A stretch of 64,000 bases of DNA. Origin: Nemertoderma westbladi. Lineage: Eukaryota; Animalia; Xenacoelomorpha. The first letter of the stretch is position 1. Each line of letters starts with the position of its first letter. Under the pieces are notes generated by a model. That model did no database searches. It was not told where the DNA came from and saw only the letters and a list, made by a program, of their open reading frames with translations. The position numbers and the translations under genes are program-made. This document shows positions 12,745-23,645 of the stretch, piece after piece. The stretch spans positions 56,937-120,936 of the forward strand of contig JAUCBJ010000630.1 of NCBI GenBank assembly GCA_032718475.1. The letters are read 5' to 3'.

Positions 12745-13689
12745 GTAAGAAATTAATTAAATTAATAAACAGTGTTTATTTATTAATATGATATTTCATT
12801 ATACTGACAAGATTGCTGTTAATAAAAAATATAGCGAATTGTAAAGAATGCTTGACTGCCTTTGCTTCAGTACAATATACAACAGTTTACAGTTTGTACT
12901 GTAGTAACATGTTTCCATCATAGAGGTATTAGTGACACGACTTGATCACCCAGATGCACCTTTACTTCTTACATCTCACTAACAACTAAAAGTCTTCAGA
13001 ATGGTTAGGGATGAGGTGTTTACACATGTGGAATCATTTCTATATCAAACTCAGGCTGTGCACATGTAAAGTGCACTGGACGTCCTTGCTGATCCAACAA
13101 CCAATGGTGAATCGATGGCATTCATTTGGTATTTATTATTGGTGTTATGGGTGAATGAGTTGTTTCATATTATTATAACTTTTTGTTGTGTTCCAACCCG
13201 GAGGTCACTAGTTCGATCCCTCCTGGACGTCATTTCCGACTTTGCTAAAACTGTGCCAAATAAAAAGTTATAATACATTTAGTACGGAGCCCCTAATGGG
13301 ACATCTCGCCATATAAGTCGGGAATGTTTTTTCTCAATGTATATTTTTTCAATATTTGATTGGACATGCTTATTTTTCTCAATATATCTGATTGGTAAAA
13401 TCTAAATAATTTTTTTCTCAATATTTATTTTCTCAATGTATTATTACGGATTGAACCTGTTTAATGTTGTTATGGAAACAACTTATTCATTCCCGATACC
13501 TGCCAACAATGACTCGTTTAAGTGCCAGTATAGGCTGAATTATTGGTTAACGTGCAATACGAACCACCGATGGCAACCCAAAGGCTCATCTCTCTTGGCT
13601 GTTACCTGTAAGGCAGAGAGGGCGCCGCACTAACCCCTAAGGTCGAGCAATCAATCCCTTTCTACATTGCATCAGCCAATAATGGAAGC

Positions 13690-13910
13690 CGAGGTTCCAG
13701 CTTAGTGTTTGGTGGCGCAGGTTCGAATCCTACTAAAGGCTGTATAAATTTCGCACTGTTGTGTCCCTAAACAAGACACTTTAGATATTAGTGGCTACGC
13801 CAACCCAGCGGTATAATGGGAACCTGGCTTTGCTGGCGTGATGATAGTAAAAGCGCTTTGAGTTTAGAAATGCGCTAATATAAATAACCAGTATTATTAT
13901 TATTATTATA
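13690..13910 (+). mobile_element. tRNA-derived SINE with L2-type tail
   Basis: B box ggttcgaatcc, gtgtccctaaacaagacacttt core, aagcgctttgag...ataaat(att)n tail. Confidence 0.55.
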
Positions 13911-14645
13911 GCGCCGGTTTGAGTAATCACTGTAAGACAAAAGAGTGACTTGCCTAGGATAGAGATGCAGACAGTGCGAAATTTATACAGCCTTCACTAC
14001 TATACTGTAATCGGCGGGCGGCATTGAAGCTGCACATTGAGAGTGTTATGCCGACTTAACAATATGTTTTGTGCCGCCTTTCAATTCCCAATCGGTATAT
14101 TGAGGCAATGCAGAGCAGAAAGCTATTATCGGCTTATCGATGTAATTCCACCGCCACAACAATGATAGTGCTGAATCGGATTGAGAAATAGGTTTATCTG
14201 TCTAATTTTATAGTTTTTGTTGCTTCTGAATTTTTTGTAATAATATCACCGCAGATTATATTACATTTAAATTTATTGTAATGCCATACGATCTAACCTG
14301 GTGCCAGCAACACTACAACAAAATCTAAATTAATTATGTAGGTATTATGGAGCGCATTAATTTTATTGGTTATTAAAACAATTGTTTTTTTTTCACTAAA
14401 TTTTTGTGACTAAAATATAATATATTCCTCTAAAATGTATAATTTATCAGTAAATCTATTTTTTCTTATCATCCCTTGCTAAGAAAATTGTGCCACTGTA
14501 AACTGCTCCTTTCCCTTATTTAGTGATGATTAATTGATTTTAGTGAAGATTAAATATATTTTAATGATATTTAATATTATTATAAAAATTACGATTTTCG
14601 AAAATTTCGATATATGACTGCCGTTCCTTCTGCGATGTTTTTCAG

Positions 14646-14744
14646 ACAACGGTACTAAAGGACAAGCAAGATGATGACGATGATCTACTCCGGTTGAAAG
14701 ACGAGGAAATTCGAAGGCAGTTGAAGATTGATAAACGGATTAAA
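14646..14744 (+). CDS. CNBD2: CNBD2-like exon (TTVLKDKQDDDDD...KIDKRIK)
   Basis: Acceptor ttttcag|ACA, donor AAA|gttagt; 99 nt, phase 0/0. Confidence 0.65.
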
Positions 14745-16520
14745 GTTAGTTAACTTAGTAAATAAGATTGATAAACGGATTAAACTTAGTTAACTTAGTA
14801 AATAAGATTGATAAACGGATTAAACTTAGTTAACTTAGTAAATAAGATTGATAAACGGATTAAAGTTAGTTAACTTAGTAAATAAGATTGATAAACGGAT
14901 TAAAGTTAGTTACTTAGAAAGTAAGATTGATAAACGGATTAAAGTTAGTTAACTTAGTAAATAAGATTGATAAACGGATTAAAGTTAGTTAACTTAGTAA
15001 ATAAGATTGATAAACGGATTAAAGTTAGTTAACTTAGTAAATAAGATTGATAAACGTATTAAAGTTAGTTAGTAAAAAAGATTGATAAACGGATTAAAGT
15101 TAGTTAACTTAGTAAATAAGATTGATAAACGGATTAAAGTTAGTTAACTTAGTAAATAAGATTGATAAACGGATTAAACTTAGTTAACTTAGTAAATAAG
15201 ATTGATAAACGGATTAAAGTTAGTTAACTTAGTAAATAAGATTGATAAACGTATTAAAGTTAGTTAACTTAGTAAATAAGATTGATAAACGTATTAAAGT
15301 TAGTTAACTTAGTAAATAAGATTGATAAACGGATTAAAGTTAGTTAACTTAGTAAATAAGATTGATAAACGTATTAAAGTTAGTTAACTTAGTAAATAAG
15401 ATTGATAAACGGATTAAAGTTAGTTAGTAAATAAGATTGATAAACGGATTAAAGTTAGTTAACTTAGTAAATAAGATTGATAAACGTATTAAAGTTAGTT
15501 AACTTAGTAAATAAGATTGATAAACGTATTAAAGTTAGTTAACTTAGTAAATAAGATTGATAAACGGATTAAAGTTAGTTAACTTAGTAAATAAGATTGA
15601 TAAACGTATTAAAGTTAGTTAACTTAGTAAATAAGATTGATAAACGGATTAAAGTTAGTTAGTAAATAAGATTGATAAACGGATTAAAGTTAGTTAACTT
15701 AGTAAATAAGATTGATAAACGTATTAAAGTTAGTTAGTAAAAAAGATTGATAAACGGATTAAAGTTAGTTAACTTAGTAAATAAGATTGATAAACGGATT
15801 AAAGTTAGTTAACTTAGTAAATAAGATTGATAAACGGATTAAACTTAGTTAACTTAGTAAATAAGATTGATAAACGGATTAAAGTTAGTTAACTTAGTAA
15901 ATAAGATTGATAAACGTATTAAAGTTAGTTAACTTAGTAAATAAGATTGATAAACGTATTAAAGTTAGTTAACTTAGTAAATAAGATTGATAAACGGATT
16001 AAAGTTAGTTATTAAATAAGATTGATAAACGGATTAAAGTTAGTTAACTTAGTAAATAAGATTGATAAACGGATTAAAGTTAGTTATTAAATAAGATTGA
16101 TAAACGGATTAAAGTTAGTTAACTTAGTAAATAAGATTGATAAACGGATTAAAGTTAGTTAGTAAATAAGATTGATAAACGGATTAAAGTTAGTTAGTAA
16201 ATAAGATTTATAAACGGATTAAAGTTAGTTAACTTAGTAAATAAGATTGATAAACGGATTAAAGTTAGTTAACTTAGTAAATAAGATTGATAAACGGATT
16301 AAAGTTAGTTAACTTAGTAAATAAGATTGATAAACGGATTAAAGTTAGTTAACTTAGTAAATAAGATTGATAAACGGATTAAAGTTAGTTAACTTAGTAA
16401 ATAAGATTGATAAACGGATTAAAGTTAGTTATTAAATAAGATTGATAAACGGATTAAAGTTAGTTAACTTAGTAAATAAGATTGATAAACGGATTAAAGT
16501 TAGTTAACTTAGTAAATAAG
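14724..16520 (+). repeat. 40-bp minisatellite (21 nt exon end + GTTAGT donor and intron start), ~45 copies
   Basis: Unit aagattgataaacggattaaagttagttaacttagtaaat; the first copy is coding (KIDKRIK). Confidence 0.95.
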
Positions 16521-16933
16521 TCTGTAATAAAAACAAATTATTGATTTTTTTGCTGCCGATTGTTGCTGCATTCCGTTATTGTTAATGATATTTCGGATGT
16601 AGATTGGTGAGCTGTGCATTTATTGCGGGAATTTGCAGTTCGGCGCAAATTAACGTTACAATGCAATAATGGTAAGAAACCCTGGTAACAGGGTATTTTA
16701 CCAGAGGCAACCGTTCAAACAATCTATATTTGTTACTATTTGGTTCCGGTACGTAATTGAAATTAGGTTCAAACCCATTTCTCATTGGAAGCTTTCCATT
16801 AAAATTCTAAAAAAAAACCAGCACCACCATGCAGGTTCTACACACGGACTTGTTCTGCCAAAACCAAAAGTAGAAATTATCTTCTACGGCGAATTGAATC
16901 TTAAAAGTAAATAAATTTTTAAATGTTTTTCAG

Positions 16934-17056
16934 TGGTTGTACAATAAAGGTAAACTCACAATCAAAACGCTGTTGGATTTAGAAAGAGAGAAAGCCGGGC
17001 CCGATAATAAAGTGGTATTTCTAGACATCGGGACCCTGAAAGAAGGAGAGACCATG
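16934..17056 (+). CDS. CNBD2: CNBD2-like exon (WLYNKGKL...IGTLKEGETM)
   Basis: Acceptor ttttcag|TGG, donor ATG|gtaagt; IGTL..G. CNB-like motif. Confidence 0.75.
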
Positions 17057-17310
17057 GTAAGTGTCCGGCTATGTTTATAGGAATTTTATTTCAATTTGAT
17101 GATGTTTTGATGATTTACTTTAATACTATAACGCCGAAATGGTAATTGGCTAAAATCACATAAATTTTTCAAGTGACGAACAACTAGCGGTTGTTCCGCC
17201 TCTTCTTTCAAACCTGGGAATAAATAAATAATTGACAAATTAATTGTAATCTACGATTTTTGCTTTTCCAATTTACCCTGTATCAAATAATGTGACAGCC
17301 TGTACCTCGT

Positions 17311-17382
17311 GGTTCTATGGTGTAATGGCTAGCACTCAGGACTCTGAATCCTGCAATCCGAGTTCGAATCTCGGTAGAACCT
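17311..17382 (+). tRNA. tRNA-Gln(CTG)
   Basis: 72-nt cloverleaf GGTTCTA...TAGAACCT; anticodon arm CAGGA-CTCTGAA-TCCTG; T-run downstream. Confidence 0.93.
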
Positions 17383-17793
17383 GTTGCTTTTTGCATGTGC
17401 CGGTAATAATTATTTTAAGTTGTTTGTTTTGCAATAATAAATTACATTCCCAACTATATTGTTAATTATTTCATTCGATAATTGTAAATATTATGTCTCT
17501 TTGAAAATATTGTGTCTCTTTGTTAGTTAGTCAAATAATAATAAAGTCAGTTTGATTGGGTCTGTTGCCGGTGTAAGGTGTGTTACATCAATCACCTATC
17601 TTACTTTCATTTTCCATTCCATCGAAATATTAAATCGCTACACCACGGGTACATAGCTATAAACGCAGCCCAAGGGCAAGGAAACGCAAAATTAAGTTTA
17701 ATATGTGGTAATTAATGTGTGAAATATCTTAGTTCAGAGCTTCTTAACGTAGGGTTATTGTTACGTGACACATTTAGTTAGGATTTGTGGTGA

Positions 17794-18290
17794 TTGATTG
17801 ATGACTTATATGTTTATTGTCATCACATATCCTGTTGTGTGCGGTGGAATAATTCGCATTCTGACTCGCTCATTCTATCAAACTGGGTTAGACAAGGTTC
17901 CGTGGCCAGCCCGATTATGTTCTTTGTACTACTAGACAAGTTGATAAAAAAGTTACGATCTTCGAAAGTAGGGTACCATATATAGGAAAGGTTTACTTCG
18001 GGATTTTAGCTTACGCCGATGATATTTTTCTGCTCTGCCCCTCCATACTTGGTCTTCAATACATGGTATCTCTTTGTGACGAACGCCGATCCTGATAAAT
18101 CGAAATCTAAATGTATACGTTTCGACTCCATAATGGTCGGAGCCTCATATTCACATCGGTTTAAATGGGGTTAATCTTCCGTGGGTGAAACGGGCGCTGC
18201 ATCTTGGGAATGTAATGGATTATAAGAATTCAATGGAACCCGGTACTTCACGTAAACGGGGTAAAATAAATGCATTACGACAAGAATTTT
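17794..18290 (+). mobile_element. Decayed non-LTR reverse transcriptase fragment
   Basis: VRQGSVASP..F and LAYADDIFLL motifs with stops and frameshifts. Confidence 0.75.
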
Positions 18291-18360
18291 AAGTATATAA
18301 GTAGGTAAGTATACAGGAGTTAGCATTCATTGTTTTAGATGTTAATATTGCCAAAAGTAC

Positions 18361-18432
18361 AGGTTCTACCGAGATTCGAACTCGGATTGCAGGATTCAGA
18401 GTCCTGAGTGCTAGCCATTACACCATAGAACC
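18361..18432 (-). tRNA. tRNA-Gln(CTG)
   Basis: Exact reverse complement of 17311-17382; TTTT terminator follows. Confidence 0.93.
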
Positions 18433-18879
18433 ACGAGTAACTCACCGTTATATTATCGGCTATAACAGTTCCCTATTGCTAGGAATTCGTGGCAGTTCCA
18501 AGTAGGGGCCTAGGCCTACTATATTAGTACCGGTACTGTACTGGAAGTAGCATTTGCGAACTTTCATATGGGAGACGCTTTCGATGCAATGCAAATTCAT
18601 CCTTCTCCAAGGGAAAATCAACGCAAATAACAGCTGATTACTCTCAAAAATAGAACTGTAACCTGTTCTATTGACTTTAGTTAAGTGTTTTGGGTAGAAT
18701 GACGTGCCACAATAACCTGCTCCTTTCCATAAATTTATAATTGATATTGAGACGATATATTAATTCGCCGAGATGGGATTCGCGTTAAGTCCCCCCCCCC
18801 CCCCCCCCCCCCCAACAAGTCTCCTAACTTGACAACATATTAGAGATTTAAAAATTTTACTGTGTTTTTTTTGTTGCAG

Positions 18880-19028
18880 AATTTGTCGGATTTATTCAAA
18901 CCGACAAGCAATAAAATGCTATTAGTCAGTAAAGGCGGCAGGTTAATGAAGATTCGTAAGGATATATTCTTAGATACAGCGAGTGAGAAAGCCTTGGACA
19001 CCGCGAAAATGTTGTGTCTCAAGAACTT
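18880..19028 (+). CDS. CNBD2: CNBD2-like exon (NLSDLFKP...LLVSKGGRLMKIRKDIF...)
   Basis: Acceptor gttgcag|AAT, donor TT|gtgagt. Confidence 0.75.
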
Positions 19029-19405
19029 GTGAGTCTTTACCTAAATTAATTAATGAAACTACCAAAACTGGATCACAAATATTTGTGTATTGGTGCTTTA
19101 TGAAAGGTAACGAACGTAACCCACCCCCCCCCCCCCCCCCTCCCCTAAATATTCTACAAAATATTAATGAGATTAGCATTAAATCCGACATCTGAATAGT
19201 TTGACTTCCATATTCAAGAACCATTTTCGTTGCCTCGTTTTTTTTACAAGAATTGAAAGAAAATATCAATAAAAAACGCGACAAAAAAGAGCTTCAAAAA
19301 TGTGGCAGTGAAATCATGTTTCCAAAAAATGCTGTCAAAAACACGAGAAAAACATACATTCTCCTTCGCGGTCATTTTCTAACAATGTTTTGACTCGTTG
19401 CCAAG

Positions 19406-19682
19406 GTACCCGAGCGAGCCAACGCTCTGCAGTCTGTACCACGAGTACTGCGCGTGGGACGCGTACAGACGGTCTGGTGTTGAGGACACAGTGGTCCACT
19501 GCAGGAGACCGACGAGACGGGCAGCGGTGGCCCATCGAGTCCCGAAGCCACGAGACGAGGTCTATAAGATAGACGACATGGAGGATGACCCCAAGGAGTG
19601 GCTCAAGGTCTACCAGCACCAACAGATGAAGATACGGGATAAGCGGATAGACGATATACTCAGGTCCAAGGCGGTGGTATAG
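19406..19682 (+). CDS. CNBD2: CNBD2-like terminal exon (YPSEPTLCSLYHEYCAW...KAVV*)
   Basis: Acceptor ccaag|G; stop TAG at 19680-19682. Confidence 0.75.
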
Positions 19683-19691
19683 GCTACATAA

Positions 19692-20610
19692 TAGAGTTGA
19701 AACAGAGACCTGTTTTTCTTAATCCCGGTGAACCAGAGCCCTACCCGGAGAATTATTTTGAAAAATACCGGAGACCAGAGCCAGAGATCAGAGACTTTGC
19801 TTATTTTTGTACTTACAATTTGATTACTCCCCTATAGCACATAGCACTGTAAGAAAATAAGCGCACGTACAGTTTGGGGGAATTAATTAATATTAATTTG
19901 GTTATTTGTTTATTAATTCGTTCTTATTTTGTTTTATTGTTAATATTATGTTACATAAATTTGTTTTGCGCCATAGGTACCGGTACTTTGTTAATTAAAG
20001 GCACTTTTTTTTACAATTGTTCAAATCATATTTCAATATATTATAAACTTAGTCATTTACGAATACTTAGTGCACAGGTATAGTACTCTACTCGCCCCAT
20101 TTACAAGCCTCGTTACGCTCGTTCTCTCCATTTGGTCGTCATATTATCTATCCTATAACAAATTGAATGGAGAACAGCCCTTTCTTTCACTTTTAAACAT
20201 TATGAGTGCCCAAATTAAGCGCCCTTATCCTTAAATAAGAACCATGTTTAGGTGCTAATTTAACTTAAAATTAAACGCACCTTAAATTAATTAAATAGAA
20301 GATTATCGGTACATTTATTAGAAATAGTGTAAAAGTGAATATAATTGTGTTGAAGTGGTGTATGAAAAATAGTTAAAAATTAAAGAAATAATTAATTGTA
20401 AAAAATTTGTGAAAAATTATCTTCATTTCACATTTTGTGTTGTACAGGATCTATTTTTAAAAATATATTTCTAATTTGTCAAATCACTGATCTCTGGGTA
20501 AAATGTCTGTTTTCAATACCCGGGAACCAGAGAGACCTATCCGGAGACCAAAAAATAGCCCGGAGAATCCAGAGAACAGAGATCAGTGACAAGTCTCTGT
20601 TTCAACTCTA
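19692..20610. mobile_element. MITE (hAT-like), 18-bp TIR TAGAGTTGAAACAGAGAC
   Basis: Perfect TIRs; imperfect ctacataa/ctacagta TSD; empty site in the paralogous sequence at ~50666. Confidence 0.85.
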
Positions 20611-21069
20611 CTACAGTACATAATCTTAGATGTCTACTGCATATCTGACTTAAACTGTGGTGTAGAACATTTTCCATAGTAGCATATTTTAATTTATTAC
20701 TGTATATAATTTAAACATGACATAATATATTATTATAACTTTTGATGGGCACAGCTTTGCAAAGTCGGCAATGACGTCCAGGTGGGATCGAACTGGTGAC
20801 CTAGTATTGCTAGTGTAGCCTATTGTATTGTGTGAGTACCGGGCAGGTGGGGGTGGGGTAGCAAAAGTGCTCATGCTGTGAGCTATATACACTTAGTAGA
20901 CCAGATTACAGGCTTAGCTGCGTGATTGTAATTACATAAAAGTTATGATGAAAAAATAGCGCTCCATCGCGTAAAATATGATATCTATTATTATAAAGAA
21001 AAAGTTGCTTCGGGATAAATAATACAACACTGGAGGCCACCAGAAATTGTGAAGATGGCAAAAAGCAAC

Positions 21070-21113
21070 AGGTTCTACCGAGATTCGAACACCATAGACC
21101 ACACCATGGAACC
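21070..21113 (-). pseudogene. Internally deleted tRNA-Gln pseudogene
   Basis: Acceptor and T-arm ends retained, anticodon arm missing; intact paralog at 51113-51184 in the same flanks. Confidence 0.8.
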
Positions 21114-21964
21114 CGCAATCGCTATTACTTTATTCAAAAATTGATATATTTATCTGTCATACTGCTATTATAGTAAAGTAAAGTTTTATTCGGCCGGTGT
21201 GCCAGGTATTATTACGCACAAAGTCTGATAACTTATTTCCAGTGTGGTCCACCCGGAACTATACTCCCATGGGAAACTGGTTTACTCATTTAGCTACCGT
21301 TTAAGGATGAAAAGCGCCCCAGTAGTCCAGGACCCACGACCTCCCGGATACATGTGAATTGAAGGCAACGGATTTAACAACTACACAAGATGTGACTTAG
21401 TAGGCCCATGTGAAGAATACAAGACTTTCTGCTGTTATATTTCACTTTGCAGTTACCCCCATGTGAAGAATACTAGGTTTTCACCAAAAACACAGGTTAC
21501 AGAAGGGCTGAATCTAACCAAAACAATAAACGAATTAGTATATGTACAGGTTATAAGACAGAAATAAGCGCTATAAAACACTTAATAAAGATAAATTAAA
21601 AAAAATGACAAATCTTTATATAAAATTCCAATAAAAAGTCGACCGAAAAGTGAAATCCTGGTATTCTTCACATGGGCGACTTAGTGAGTACCTAATGAGT
21701 GATATTCCTTTTTTAAATATAAGTATGATACATTAGCTTCCATTGGCCGTAGCATAGGAGTTTAAGCACTTTAACGGTAAAGGGTGGATTAAATTCGGTT
21801 AGACTTTCCAGTCCATCTGTATATTGACAGCCCACTAGCGGTAGACTGGAGAACTAACGATTAGCGTCCCCACAAAGACTCGTCCTAGGGATGGTCTATT
21901 ACGTATATCTACCAAGTTGCAGCTTGAACGGATAATAAGTTTTAATCCACGCACTGATCTCTAG

Positions 21965-22590
21965 CAAACTAGATTACAACAACGCGTTATATTATGGTCT
22001 TCCTTGGAAGGTAGTTAAAAAGTTGCAGTATGTCCAGAATTCTGCCGCACGCCTGCTAACAGGAACACGCAAAAGAGACCACATTACACCGGTGTTGAAA
22101 GAGCTACATTGGCTACCTATTCTACGCCGGATCGATTTCAAGATTGCGCTAATGACCTATAAATGTATTCACAACATCGGCCTAACGTGAACTACGTTCC
22201 GCTGAACTGACCCTTCTTAGCGTTCCTAAATTCAATCTTGCAAGCTATGGTAAACGTTCTTTCGCGGTAGCTGCACCAACAATTTGGAACTCACTTCCCA
22301 TCAACATTCGCCGATCTCCCTCGATAGAAATATTTAAGAAACTATTAAAGACGCATTTATTCAAAATGGAATTCCAATGATTATAATTACATATTTTTAA
22401 CATGAATTATAATCTCACGTTTCTCAAGTGAACTCATGTCTTCAGTTGTGTTTTTAATTATGTTTTTAACTCTTTTAATTCAGTTCATACAGTGATTGGT
22501 TTTTATTAATTTTAAGATTATGTGTAACGTGCGCCTTTGACCACTACGTAAAGGGTGCGATATAAATTTATATATTATGATTATGCTTAT
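21965..22590 (+). mobile_element. L2-clade LINE 3' remnant
   Basis: LDYNNALYYGLP..KKLQYVQNSAARLLTG..RDHITPVLKELHWLPI..RIDFKI; duplicate at ~51795-53160 split by an ~840-bp insertion. Confidence 0.8.
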
Positions 22591-23645
22591 AACAAAACGA
22601 AATTAGATAAGCTTTAGTATATACAATAGTACAAACAATGCCAAGATTCAAATTAATTTTAATTCTAATTAAAAATGACGGAAATGGGAAAAGGTTTTCA
22701 CTTTCATACATTTCGCCCTTTAGCGGGAAGAACTGGAACTAGAACTGCATACCGATTAGTGGCGATTACCGACCCCACAAAGACACAGGATATATTCTAG
22801 CACATATCTGACAAGTTTGTCCTTGGTCGCAATACTGTAGGTTGCAAATGTGAAAGTGAAACATTTCCTGAAGACAGACTTGGCTGCTATAGTTCTACAC
22901 ATGCAGACTCGTAGACGTTGACATCATAATAGGCTGTACAGTCGTAGCAGTATGAAAGTCGGTAGGCCCTAAAGTGAAACATTTTCTGAATACAGACTCT
23001 GTTGCAACACATTCAGGCAGTCAGGCACACAAGCAAGGAATTCACTATTGTAGGCAATACCCATCAGGCATTTACTGTAGTTTTAGTATGATACCGGTAC
23101 TGGTAGTCGATAAAGTGAAACTTTTTCTAACTCCGTACCATTCCCCTTTCGACATGCAGATATGCATTACTGCATTAGGTACCGGTAGTACGGTACCGTA
23201 GTGTTTCTCGTATAGTCTGCCTGTACGGTCTGACAGTAGGTAGATTCGTAAATAACGGTAGTTGGTAGTAGGCCTATAGTTTTATTTATCATAAGTTTGA
23301 TTTCTAGAATAATGACGAGTCTGCCAGTAGGCCTAAGTCTATAAAATAACATTTTATTTTTTTTAATTAGGCCTAGGCCTACCGGTATACCTGTATACAG
23401 TAAGCTGAGAGCTAGCTAGATAGGGGTATTAGTACGTTTGAACGACACTAGCCGAACAAGCCTGAAATCAGATAAATCATGGTACCGACACCGGTATAGC
23501 AGTATTGTGAGCAATCTTGAGGATTGCGCGGGTATTATTTATTAAGTTATTTTAATGTTATTTTTATAATTTAATTTATTTATTAATGTTATGGAGTCCC
23601 TAGATGTTTATTGGATTAGGGAGGTGGTTGTAGGAAGAGTCCCTT

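Larger units (their letters stand above)
139..19682 (+). other. CNBD2: CNBD2-like cyclic nucleotide-binding domain gene (11 exons in window; 5' end probably upstream)
   Basis: Manually joined AG/GT-bounded, phase-compatible exons give one ORF. It has the cNMP-binding signature (FYFIFSG...GDSFG|ELALL...RTA), a second degenerate CNB region, and a C-terminal YPSE..LC......W motif as in CNBD2-type proteins. Orthology (CNBD1 vs CNBD2) not tested. Confidence 0.75.
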
